Origin: Deltaproteobacteria bacterium
Lineage (GTDB): Bacteria; Myxococcota; JACRCW01
DNA: 64,000 nucleotides
Assembly (NCBI GenBank): GCA_016218805.1
Contig: JACRCW010000065.1
Span: 94,040 to 158,039, forward strand
Reading direction: 5' to 3'
Part shown: piece after piece, positions 49,001-56,771 of the stretch
How the letters are laid out: each line of letters begins with the position of its first letter
Numbering within the stretch: the first letter of the stretch is position 1
Translations under genes and position numbers: made by a program
Notes under the pieces: model-generated
Seen by the model: only the letters and a program-made list of their open reading frames with translations
What the model was told of the DNA's origin: nothing
Databases searched by the model: none

Positions 49001-50269
49001 GCCGGTCTTGATGACGTCGTCATCGGCGCGCCCGGCGTGGTGGATGTCCGTGCCGTCCCACCGCGCAAGGTCCCCGGTGTCCACCCATTCTCCAAGTGCG
49101 CCGTCCCCACCCAGCACGCCCGCGGCTCCAAACGGCGTGGACACCACCAGCCGTCCCGGCGCCGTCCGGTCTCCGCCGGGAAAACGCACACCCAGCCGGC
49201 AACCCGGGAGCGGCCGGCCCAGACCGCCCCCGCCCAGCAGCGTGGTGCTGACCTGTTGCGTTTCCGTGGTCCCAAACGCGTTGGCCACCCGCACGCCGCG
49301 CAACGCCGCCGCCACCGCGGGGTCCCAGCCCGTCCCGGAGAGCACCACGCACCGCAGCTGCCCGGCCAGGCGCGGCGCCGCCACCACGCCGTTGTGCGCC
49401 ATCCACGCCCGCACCAGAGCCGGCCCGCACGTCACGTGCGCCGGCGGAAAGGACGCCAGCAGGCGGAACGCGCGTTGCGGTTGCTCCGCCATCCACTCCG
49501 GGCGCACGAACAACGCCGTGGAACGGTTCCACAGCGCGTGCAGCAGCGCGCGCGCGCCCATGGTGTGGGACAGCAGCGGCACCAGCGTGGGGCCACCCAG
49601 CAGGTCCGGCGTGAACAACCCCGCCAGCTCAAACGCATGCGCGCCGGTGAGCAGGGCGGACGCGGTGTAGCGCAGCCAGCGCGGCTCACCGGTGCTGCCC
49701 GTCGTGGCGAACACCAGGGCGTCCGGGGCCGGCGGGACCTCGGGCAGCGCCGGCGCGGTACCCGTGTGCGCCAGCTCGTCGTGCAGCGTGTGGCATGCCG
49801 CGCCGTCCGCGCGGCACAGTGCGGCCAGCGTCTCCAGCGCCGCGGCCTGGGCGTCCGTTGGGCGGCTGTCCGGGGCCACCGCCACGTGCCGCGCCCCGGA
49901 ACGCCGCAACACGTCACGCAGCGCCCCGGCGTCAAACCCCATGGGCAGCACCACCCGCATGCCCGCGGCCACCAGGCCCACCGTCGCTGCGGCCAGTGGC
50001 AGCTCCGGCGCGCCGGGCAGGCGCACCAGCAGGACGGAGGCGCCGGGAGCCAGGGCGTGGTCACCCGTCCACCGCCGCAGGTTCCACGCCGTCGTGCGCA
50101 GTGCACCCAGCGTGAGCGCCAGGTCCACGCCGTCGCGCTCGCCCGCCAGGACCACCGCGTGGTCGTTGGGGTCATCCGGGCCCAGGAGCGAGGCAAATGA
50201 CCGGAACCGCGGCGCGCGCCCGTCAAGCCCGGTGCGGGACTGCAACAGGACCTCCGGTGCGGCGACCAT
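46004..50269 (-). CDS. Three-domain fusion: AMP-dependent adenylation domain + class III aminotransferase + acyl-ACP/CoA reductase-like domain
   Basis: A domain TTGSTGEPR, AFGTTET, DTGD, GRADD..IK, GPGK; aminotransferase FHGRS, EPVQGEGG, DEIQCGMGRTG, LGKSLGGG; reductase ALGGHTSVV, SGNSFT, VGALGNIG, LFACAAE. Confidence 0.88.
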   Translation of the reverse strand: MVAAPEVLLQSRTGLDGRAPRFRSFASLLGPDDPNDHAVVLAGERDGVDLALTLGALRTTAWNLRRWTGDHALAPGASVLLVRLPGAPELPLAAATVGLVAAGMRVVLPMGFDAGALRDVLRRSGARHVAVAPDSRPTDAQAAALETLAALCRADGAACHTLHDELAHTGTAPALPEVPPAPDALVFATTGSTGEPRWLRYTASALLTGAHAFELAGLFTPDLLGGPTLVPLLSHTMGARALLHALWNRSTALFVRPEWMAEQPQRAFRLLASFPPAHVTCGPALVRAWMAHNGVVAAPRLAGQLRCVVLSGTGWDPAVAAALRGVRVANAFGTTETQQVSTTLLGGGGLGRPLPGCRLGVRFPGGDRTAPGRLVVSTPFGAAGVLGGDGALGEWVDTGDLARWDGTDIHHAGRADDDVIKTGLGVKAVRAAVEREHAAQLPEVLGLLAFPDAANAGLVGLAFVDGDPADPGLQERVREACAQRAEVDTSLLHARIHAVALVRGGVPLRGPGKPDHARAEREHAALLDAARAPGACHPHVVRIPAPESGAGTRARFLHPGVAPRVAAAGLDVAYARGEGDLLFRAGDDEPVLDLAGGYGANLLGHGHPEVLAAARQALEGVPVLDQFSARPATTRFAEALARRVGRETGRRWVVCPVSTGAEATDLALKHAALHRAARLAALERGWRHGGAPRALVDEVTAHNRSVLQGRSPVVIALQRGFHGRSLGALLATGSDEHRAPFTALLGVRTVFLDPRGTDEARTRLAQTVAHETVRLHGLVTGPGGVSRVGLPFLDVLATIAEPVQGEGGVVEVPPEWLAQLRLPGVPFILDEIQCGMGRTGTFLACADPAGARVVPDCLLLGKSLGGGVAKLAALLVDRAHYVEAMDEHRATTYGEDSFSSTVGMAVLRVMDREDVPGRARRAGERLRAVLEDVHRDHPDAVVAVRGRGLLLGVELRVPRAAGSAILEAIAARGLGHLAASYLLHRHRVRVLPTTSAPDVLRVEPSAFLRDAEVEWTARAFRALAAALAGADLLELTAHLAGHAPAATRRPSRERRLSAFRTERQPAAEGARRVAFVHHFIHPTRELVGDSPSLAALGTARRLELVRRFQVLCGLEPLVTSSANLFDGRAWLLTITLPVTAAEMQHLRADGRGDFLLDRLQDAADIARRHGCGVVALGGHTSVVSRDGTLLAPPPGTRVVSGNSFTTAVLVRQVRKLAAEAGMSLERGHPQAARIAVVGALGNIGSAVVELLAGRRALGRSVLLVGRPGSEARLEERAAQLRADGVEAAWSTHMLDLEHADVVVAAVSSPEPVIRAEHLAAERPVLVVDVSQPRATAPRLARERRNARVVGAGLVALPRDPRFRFSPYTAPGTLFACAAEGLLAALAEQQMELTGRIRRENIEALDELAAGLGLFGRLVTEE

Positions 50270-50287
50270 GGTCCCATCCTCCCGCGC

Positions 50288-51847
50288 TCAGCGCGCGAGC
50301 AGCCAGCCCAGCACCGCGCCCAGCGCCGCAGCCACGCCCGCCAGCAGCGCCGCATCCCACGGCGCCAGGAATCCCGGCGGCGCCGGGCGCACCGCGTTGC
50401 GCGGACCCACGGTGTCCCTGACCGCGGCGGTGGGCGGCAGCAACGCGGCGCGGGCCTGCTCCACGTCGCGCCCGCTGCCCACAAACACCAGCCGCACGCG
50501 CCCCACCTGCACCTCGTCACCGTCATGGAGGACCGCGCCGGGAACCCCAATGCCGTTCACGCGGATGCCGTTGGTGCTCCCCCCGTCCACCACCTCCCAC
50601 CGCCCTGCCTCGCGCCGCAACAGGCCATGCCGCGCGGACACGGACGCGTCCTCCAGCTCCACGTCGCTGCCCGGCTCGCGCCCCACCACCACGTGGTCAG
50701 ACGCCAGGCGGAAGATGCGTCCGCGGCCGGCGCCGTCCCGCTGCACCAGGTGGCACGGACCGCGGAACACGTCAGGACGGCCGGCGGGAACGGGCACCGC
50801 CTGCTCGTCCGTGGTCCGCTCCTCCGCCGGGATACCCAGCTCGTCCGTCAACGCCGCCGCCGCGTAGGGGATGGGTGCGGGCAGCCGCGTGAGCTGGGTC
50901 CCCTCCCGCCGGACCTCGTCATGCTCCGGGCGGCGCGGGGCCGGCAGCGGGCGCGGGACCGCCCCGGCAAACGGCGCCAGCGCGTCCGCCAGCGCCCCGC
51001 CGTGCGGCGGACGCGCCACGGGGTCGGCGTCCAGCGCCCCCCGCAGCACGCGCGCCAGCCCCGTGGGGAGGTCCGGCATCTCGGCCAGGCGGTCCGTCGG
51101 CTCCGGTGTGCTCTGGGACCACGGCGGCGCATCCGGGTCACGCAGCAGCCTCCCCGTCGCCAGCGAAAACAGCAGTGCGGCCAGCGCAAACACGTCGCTG
51201 GGTGGACGGGCGCGCTCGCCCACCAATTGCTCCGGCGCCAGGAACGCCAGCGTGCCCCACACGCGCCCCTGGCCGGTCAGCGTCGTCGCATCCGGCAGCA
51301 GCGCCACGCCAAAGTCCGCCACCACCACCTGTTCGTCCGACGTCACGAACACATTGGAGGGCTTGATGTCCCGGTGGACAATCCCCTGCTGGTGGGGTTC
51401 GGCCAGGGCCGCCGCCGCGTCGTGGGCCACGCGCACGGCCTCGCTCAGCCACAGCCGCCCGCGCCGCAGCAGCAGCTGGTGCGCCGTCAGACCGCGGATG
51501 AGCGGCATGGCGTACCAGGTCAGCGGGCGCGCCCCCGCGCGGTCTTCGCCGTGGTCCAGGATCTTCACCAGGCCCGGGTGGCTGAGGCGCTTGAGAATCG
51601 CAATCTCGCGCCCAAACCGCTCCCGCATGGCGTCCGCCTCCGCGGGCCGCCGCGACGCGTCCATCACCTTGAGCGCCACCTCCTGTCCGTCACGCGTGCG
51701 CGTGGCCCGGTACACCGCCGCCATGCCACCGCGTCCCAGCAGGGAGCGCAGCGTCCACGGGCCAATCTCCACGGGTGCGCCGGGCGGCAGGGGCTGCTCA
51801 CCCTCCAGCGCTGCCGACTGGGATCCGCCCTGCGCCGTGTCACGCAC
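50288..51847 (-). CDS. Hanks-type Ser/Thr protein kinase with FHA domain and C-terminal TM helix
   Basis: GRGGMAAV, VALK, HRDIKPSN, DFG, APE, SDVF; FHA GR..S..H..NG motifs; start uncertain. Confidence 0.92.
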   Translation of the reverse strand: MRDTAQGGSQSAALEGEQPLPPGAPVEIGPWTLRSLLGRGGMAAVYRATRTRDGQEVALKVMDASRRPAEADAMRERFGREIAILKRLSHPGLVKILDHGEDRAGARPLTWYAMPLIRGLTAHQLLLRRGRLWLSEAVRVAHDAAAALAEPHQQGIVHRDIKPSNVFVTSDEQVVVADFGVALLPDATTLTGQGRVWGTLAFLAPEQLVGERARPPSDVFALAALLFSLATGRLLRDPDAPPWSQSTPEPTDRLAEMPDLPTGLARVLRGALDADPVARPPHGGALADALAPFAGAVPRPLPAPRRPEHDEVRREGTQLTRLPAPIPYAAAALTDELGIPAEERTTDEQAVPVPAGRPDVFRGPCHLVQRDGAGRGRIFRLASDHVVVGREPGSDVELEDASVSARHGLLRREAGRWEVVDGGSTNGIRVNGIGVPGAVLHDGDEVQVGRVRLVFVGSGRDVEQARAALLPPTAAVRDTVGPRNAVRPAPPGFLAPWDAALLAGVAAALGAVLGWLLAR

Positions 51848-52036
51848 CTGCTGAACCTATCCCCGGACCTCTGCCCTCCCAAGCGGGTATTCGCGCCCGG
51901 CGTCCTCGCCTCCGCTTGTGTCGGAGCTGGTGCATGGACCCGGTGCCCGCACCGCCCGCGCGTGTGGTGGCGGCCCTGTCCGGCCGCACCCGGGCGCGGA
52001 ACGCGGGGAACGCTTGTCGTCGTCACCGAGACGCCG

Positions 52037-53257
52037 ATGGCGCCCCGCCCGCGGCGGAACAAGCGGCGCCGCTTGCTTCCGCCCGCCCAATCTCCGCAAC
52101 GTGCGCGCGTGACCCGGCTGGCCCCGCTCCTGGCGCTGGTTGGCGCGCTGCTGGCTCCGTCCGCGGCGGGCGCTGCCGAGCACGCGTGGGCGCTGCGCCT
52201 GGAACGCGGGCCGGGCACGCCGGGTTGCCCGGGGCGGGCGCGGCTGGCGGCGGGGATCACGGCCCGGCTTCCGTACGACCCGTGGTCCGCCGCGGGCCCT
52301 GGGCGGGTTGACGTGCGCATTGCGCCCGAAGGCGCGCGCCTGCGCGCCGTGGTGGACATGACGGACGGGGAGGGCCGCCACCTGGGCCGGCGCGTGCTGC
52401 ATGAGTCCCCGCACCGCTGCGCGGACCTGATGGAAGCCGTGGCGCTGACGGTGAGCCTGGCCATGGACCCGCTGCGGGCGCGCACCACGCCCGTCGCGCT
52501 GCCACCGGACGCCGCCCCGGATGACGAGGACGACCCGCCCGACAGCGCACCACCGCCCGCTGAGCCACCGCCCGTCGAACCACCGCCCAGCGCACCACCG
52601 CCCGCTGAGCCACCGCCCGTCGAACCACCGCCCAGCGAACCGCCGCCCCAGCCCGCGCCCGTCCAGCACGCGCCGGCCGTGCCCGCGTCCCCCGCGCGTG
52701 GCGTACGCTTGCCGTCGCTGCCCGCGCTTGCGCGCCCGCTGCTCCCGGCGTGGCGGGTGGATGTGCAGGTGCGCGCGCACGCGCTGGTGGCGCTGGGTCT
52801 GGCACCGCGGCCGCAGCCCGGCGGCCAGGTGGGCGTGCACCTGCGCCGGGGCGTGTGGGAGGCGGGCCTGCAGGCCGGGTGGCTGCTTCCCGCGGGCGTG
52901 ACGCGTGACGGTGCCACGGTGGAGACGCAGCTCTCCACGGCCACCTTGAGCGCGTGTCTGCGCGCAGACCTGGCCTCAGCGTGCGGCCTGGGCGTGCTGG
53001 GCCTGCGGGACGCGCGCGGCCACGGCGCGGGCTTCCTGCGCGAACGCCAGGCGTGGCTCCCCTTTGTCGCCGCCGGCCCGCGTCTCACGGTGGTGCTGCC
53101 CTACGGGCGCGCCACCGCCCTGGCCTTCCACGCGGACTTCCTTGCCGTGCCCCTGCTCACGCGCCTGCGCGAGTCCGCCACGGGAACCACCCTGTGGACG
53201 CAGCCGCCGCTGGCCGTGGTGCTGGGGGTGGGGCACCAGTTCTCCGCCACTCTGTGA
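52037..53257 (+). CDS. Exported protein: periplasmic domain + Pro-rich linker + probable beta-barrel; ECF-module associated
   Basis: Signal peptide (alternative GTG at 52109); N-domain with two Cys; EPPP repeats; amphipathic strands. Confidence 0.7.
   Translation: MAPRPRRNKRRRLLPPAQSPQRARVTRLAPLLALVGALLAPSAAGAAEHAWALRLERGPGTPGCPGRARLAAGITARLPYDPWSAAGPGRVDVRIAPEGARLRAVVDMTDGEGRHLGRRVLHESPHRCADLMEAVALTVSLAMDPLRARTTPVALPPDAAPDDEDDPPDSAPPPAEPPPVEPPPSAPPPAEPPPVEPPPSEPPPQPAPVQHAPAVPASPARGVRLPSLPALARPLLPAWRVDVQVRAHALVALGLAPRPQPGGQVGVHLRRGVWEAGLQAGWLLPAGVTRDGATVETQLSTATLSACLRADLASACGLGVLGLRDARGHGAGFLRERQAWLPFVAAGPRLTVVLPYGRATALAFHADFLAVPLLTRLRESATGTTLWTQPPLAVVLGVGHQFSATL
52543..52637 (+). repeat. 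45-bp perfect tandem duplication (SAPPPAEPPPVEPPP)
   Basis: cagcgcaccaccgcccgctgagccaccgcccgtcgaaccaccgcc at 52543 and 52588, with a partial third copy. Confidence 0.85.
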
Positions 53258-53330
53258 CGCAGCACTCGCCATGGAAATCCACGCTGTTTCGCGCCCTTGC
53301 GGGAAACCGTGCGCTCGGGTGGGATGCCGT

Positions 53331-53359
53331 CATGGATCCGCGGCGGTCCCCACAAGTAC
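53331..53359 (+). promoter_or_regulatory. Putative ECF promoter, copy 1 (autoregulatory)
   Basis: CATGGATCCGCG-N6-CCCACAAGTAC; 23/29 identical to 54720-54748. Confidence 0.55.
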
Positions 53360-53364
53360 CCAGC

Positions 53365-53931
53365 GTGACTCCTTCCGTCGCCGTTGCTGACCCGTTGTCC
53401 GCCCCCGCCGTGCCGCGGGCGGCGCCGGTGACGCTCGCGGAGATCTACGAGGCGCACTTTGACTACGTGTGGCACTGCGTGCGGCGGCTGGGCGTGCCGG
53501 AGAAGGACCTGGAGGACGCCTGCCACGACGTATTTGTCGCCGTGCACCGCCACCTGGCCGACTACGACCCGAGCCGTCCGCTGAAGCCGTGGCTCACCGC
53601 GTTCTGCGCGCGCGTGGCGTCCAACCACCGCCGCAGCGCGCCCGTCCGCCGTGAAGTGGCCCAGGACGAACTCCCCGAGCCGGATACCCACGCCCACGCA
53701 CTGCAGCGCGAGGACGACCGCGCCAACCGCCAGCTGGTGGCGCGCGCCATGGACGGGCTGGACGAGGCGCGGCGCACCGTGTTGGTGCTGCACGACGTGG
53801 AAGGCTGGTCGGTGCCGGACCTGGCGGGTCTGCTGGGTGAGCCCGAGGGGACGCTCTACTCGCGCCTGCGGACGGCGCGGGCGATGTTTGCGGACGCGGT
53901 GCGCCGCTTGCTTGGACGGGGTGACACATGA
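53365..53931 (+). CDS. ECF RNA polymerase sigma factor
   Basis: Region 2 DLEDACHDVFV..WL; region 4 LHDVEG.S..LA..LG.PEGTLYSRL; start is GTG 53365 or ATG 53332. Confidence 0.92.
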   Translation: MTPSVAVADPLSAPAVPRAAPVTLAEIYEAHFDYVWHCVRRLGVPEKDLEDACHDVFVAVHRHLADYDPSRPLKPWLTAFCARVASNHRRSAPVRREVAQDELPEPDTHAHALQREDDRANRQLVARAMDGLDEARRTVLVLHDVEGWSVPDLAGLLGEPEGTLYSRLRTARAMFADAVRRLLGRGDT

Positions 53932-54704
53932 GCACGGAGAGGCTTGCGGACCTGCCACCGGAGGTGGCGCGCGTGCTGGACGCGGAACGCCGGGCACCCC
54001 CACCGCCGGACGGAGCGCGGGACCGCGTACGGCAACGGCTGGCCCTCACCGTGGGCGCGGCTGCCGGGGTGGCGGCGTTCTCCGCCGCCAAGGGGGCGGC
54101 GCTGTCCGCCGTTTCCGGCGCGCTGGCCGGCAAGTCCGGGGCGGGTGTGGCAGGCACCACGCTGGCCTCGCTGCTCACTGCCAAGGTCGTGGTGCCCGCC
54201 GTCATGGTGGTGGCGGTGGCCGGCGGTGTGACGGTGGCGCGCGTGGTGGAGCGTCCGGCGCGCGTGGCGGCGGTGACCGCGCCGGTTGTGGCCCGGCCGG
54301 CTCCGTCCGCGGCTGCGCCCCTCGTCGTCATCCAGCCGGCACCCGCCCCGGCGCCCGCCGTGCAACCCGCCCCGGACCCACGTGCGGTCCCGTTGTCACC
54401 GGTGCCGGTGACGCGCCCGGCCACGGGCACGCTGCCCGCGGAGCGCCGCCTGCTGGACCAGGCGCGGCAGGCGCTGGCGGACCACCGCGGTGACGCGGCG
54501 CTGGTCACACTGGACAGACACCGCGAGCAGTATGCCCGCGGCCAACTGGCGGAGGAGCGTGATGCGCTGCGCGTGATGGCGCTGGCAGACCTGGGCCGCG
54601 CCCCGGAGGCGCGCCGCGCCGCCGTCCGTTTCCTGGAGCGGCACCCGCACAGCGTGCTGCGCAGCGCCGTGGAATCCGCGGTGACCACGGCATCCCCCCG
54701 TTGA
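53928..54704 (+). CDS. Putative anti-sigma factor (TM + Pro-rich linker + TPR-like helices)
   Basis: ATGA overlap with the sigma stop; single TM; E..LL..AR.AL...GQLAEER..L...AL..LGR TPR-like tail. Confidence 0.72.
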   Translation: MSTERLADLPPEVARVLDAERRAPPPPDGARDRVRQRLALTVGAAAGVAAFSAAKGAALSAVSGALAGKSGAGVAGTTLASLLTAKVVVPAVMVVAVAGGVTVARVVERPARVAAVTAPVVARPAPSAAAPLVVIQPAPAPAPAVQPAPDPRAVPLSPVPVTRPATGTLPAERRLLDQARQALADHRGDAALVTLDRHREQYARGQLAEERDALRVMALADLGRAPEARRAAVRFLERHPHSVLRSAVESAVTTASPR

Positions 54705-54719
54705 CGGACGGAGCAGCGC

Positions 54720-54748
54720 CATGGATCCGCGCAGTGTCCCACAAGCAC
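54720..54748 (+). promoter_or_regulatory. Putative ECF promoter, copy 2
   Basis: CATGGATCCGCG-N6-CCCACAAGCAC, ending 40 nt upstream of ATG 54789. Confidence 0.55.
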
Positions 54749-54788
54749 ATCCCAAGGCGGCCACCCTCACCGGCTGCAGGGAGCAAAC

Positions 54789-56333
54789 ATGAACGGGCGT
54801 GGATTCATCCTGGCGGCAGGCGTGGCGTCGTTGTGCGGGTGCCTGCAGGACGTGGGCATTGGCACGGTGAAGCCCGGCGTGTGGGGCATCAATTCCCAGG
54901 ACCCGCAGGGTGGTGGTGGCGGTGGCGGCTCGCAACCCGGCCAGGCGGGGACGGCCTGCCAGGCGGACGCGGACTGCGCCAGCGGGCTGGCCTGTCAGCA
55001 GGCGGTGTGCGCCCGGCCGGACGGAAGCGTGCCCTGCACGGCCGACAGCGACTGCGCACCAGGCGCCCGCTGTGCCAATGGGCTGTGTTTGTTCTGTGAC
55101 AGCACCGACCCCCAGTGCGGGGGTGACATCGCCTGCAGCGACGACGCGCAGTGCGGGGGCGGCGCGGTGTGTGCCGCGGGGCGCTGCGTGCCGCCGCAGA
55201 ACGGCCAGACCTGTGACGCCAACGGCGGCTGCGGCGCCGGCGAAGCGTGCATCAATGGCGTCTGCCTCTATTGCGACCCGCAGACCGGCTGCCAGCCCGG
55301 TGACCAGCCCCCCACAGACCCCTCGGTGCCTTGCGCCTCCGACGTGGACTGCCAGCAGGGCGGCCTGTGCCTCAACGGCCTGTGCTCGCTGGGCGGCATC
55401 CCGTGTGACGCCAACGCGGCGTGCCCGGGCGGGTTTGCGTGCCTCAACGGCGTCTGCCTGCAGTGTGATTCCGCGGGCAACTGCCAGGGCCCCGGCGAAC
55501 CGCCTCCCGGCACCACCGGTGCCGCCTGCTCCGGCGCAGAGCAATGCCAGGGCGGACTGTGCGTGAACGGCCGCTGCCTTGACGGCGCGCCGCCGTGCAG
55601 CGCGGACCTGCAGTGCGCCCAGGGTGAGGTGTGCATCAACGGCTATTGCCTGGCGTGTGACAGCTCCGGCAGCTGCGTGGCCGGCGGGTCCGCTCCGCCG
55701 GCGGGCGGGTGCGGGAGCGCGTGGGACTGCCCGGACGGCTCGGTGTGCCTCAACGGCGAATGCCGCAATGGCCAGGGCGGCACCTGCTCGTCGGACCTGG
55801 TGTGCCCGGGCGGGGCGGCGTGCCTCAACGGCGTGTGCATCGCGTGTGACTCAACGGGAAACTGTGACCCCGGCGCCGGCCCGGTCCCCTGCCAGGACAA
55901 CTCCCAGTGCGCGCAAGGCGAGGTGTGCGCCGGCGGCCAGTGCCTCATCTGTGACACCGCGGGCAATTGCGTGCCCGGGGGAACGCCTCCGCCTGACGCG
56001 TGCACCGCGGACAGCCAGTGCCCCGCCGGCACGGCGTGCCTCAACGGCGTGTGTCTGACGTGTGACGCCAGCACCGGTTGCCAGCCCGGCCCGCAGGCGT
56101 GCCAGGCCAGCGCGGATTGCGCGTCCGGTCAGGCGTGCCTCAACGGAATGTGCCAGGCCTGTGACGCCACCACGGGCTGCCAGTCCGACCCGACGGCGTG
56201 CCAGTCCAACAACGACTGCACCACCAGCAGCGGGCAGGGTGGCGCCTGCATCGGCGGCCGTTGCGCGCCCCCGTGCGACGCCAACTCAGTGTGCGCCGCC
56301 GGCCAGTCCTGCCTCAACGGCTACTGCCAGTGA
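54789..56333 (+). CDS. Very Cys-rich repeat lipoprotein
   Basis: GGGAG RBS; lipobox LCGC; more than 15 CxxDxxCxxGxxCxNGxC repeats. Confidence 0.88.
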   Translation: MNGRGFILAAGVASLCGCLQDVGIGTVKPGVWGINSQDPQGGGGGGGSQPGQAGTACQADADCASGLACQQAVCARPDGSVPCTADSDCAPGARCANGLCLFCDSTDPQCGGDIACSDDAQCGGGAVCAAGRCVPPQNGQTCDANGGCGAGEACINGVCLYCDPQTGCQPGDQPPTDPSVPCASDVDCQQGGLCLNGLCSLGGIPCDANAACPGGFACLNGVCLQCDSAGNCQGPGEPPPGTTGAACSGAEQCQGGLCVNGRCLDGAPPCSADLQCAQGEVCINGYCLACDSSGSCVAGGSAPPAGGCGSAWDCPDGSVCLNGECRNGQGGTCSSDLVCPGGAACLNGVCIACDSTGNCDPGAGPVPCQDNSQCAQGEVCAGGQCLICDTAGNCVPGGTPPPDACTADSQCPAGTACLNGVCLTCDASTGCQPGPQACQASADCASGQACLNGMCQACDATTGCQSDPTACQSNNDCTTSSGQGGACIGGRCAPPCDANSVCAAGQSCLNGYCQ

Positions 56334-56443
56334 CCCGCGCGCCTCGCCCCGCCCGTGCGGGGCGCGCTTCACGGCGGTGACCCTCCCTCGTTGTCGCCGC
56401 CGCAGGGACCCGGTTGCGGGAGTTTGACGGTCTTACGCGGCGC

Positions 56444-56771
56444 TCACTTCTTGAAGGTGCGCACGTACTTGATGAGCAGGTCCACCTGCTCCGGCGTCAG
56501 CTTCTCCTTCATGGCGGGCTTCTTCTTGTCCTTGATGCCCTCCATGATGGACTTCTTCCAGTCGTCGTCCGTGCCCTTCTGGAAGTCCTCGCTCGCCATG
56601 TCGCGGACCTTCAGCTTCTCGCCCTGCTTGCTCTTCCCTGTCCCGTCCGCCGCGTGGCAGCTGGCGCACTTGGACTTGAACAGCTTGACCGCGTCCTCGT
56701 CCGCCGCCTTGCCCGTCGAGGGAACCACCAGGAATGCCAACGTGATCGCCGCACCCAGGAACCACTTTCAT
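56444..56771 (-). CDS. Monoheme cytochrome c with a 1-nt frameshift after the start codon (pseudogene or sequencing error)
   Basis: CASCH heme motif and distal Met (PAM); RBS AAGGAG precedes ATG 56771, which is out of frame by one extra A. Confidence 0.85.

Noticed and set aside
45432..50269. Tambjamine or prodigiosin cluster
   Set aside because: No proline adenylation, carrier protein, bipyrrole PKS or condensing-enzyme genes in the window
51820..51847. Third copy of the ECF motif (GGATCC...GCAC)
   Set aside because: Lacks the CCCACAA block and the spacing differs by one; likely chance
50525..52036. 910-aa ORF suggesting a long N-terminal extension
   Set aside because: Its 5' half is the antisense of the kinase gene; the real gene starts at about 52037-52109
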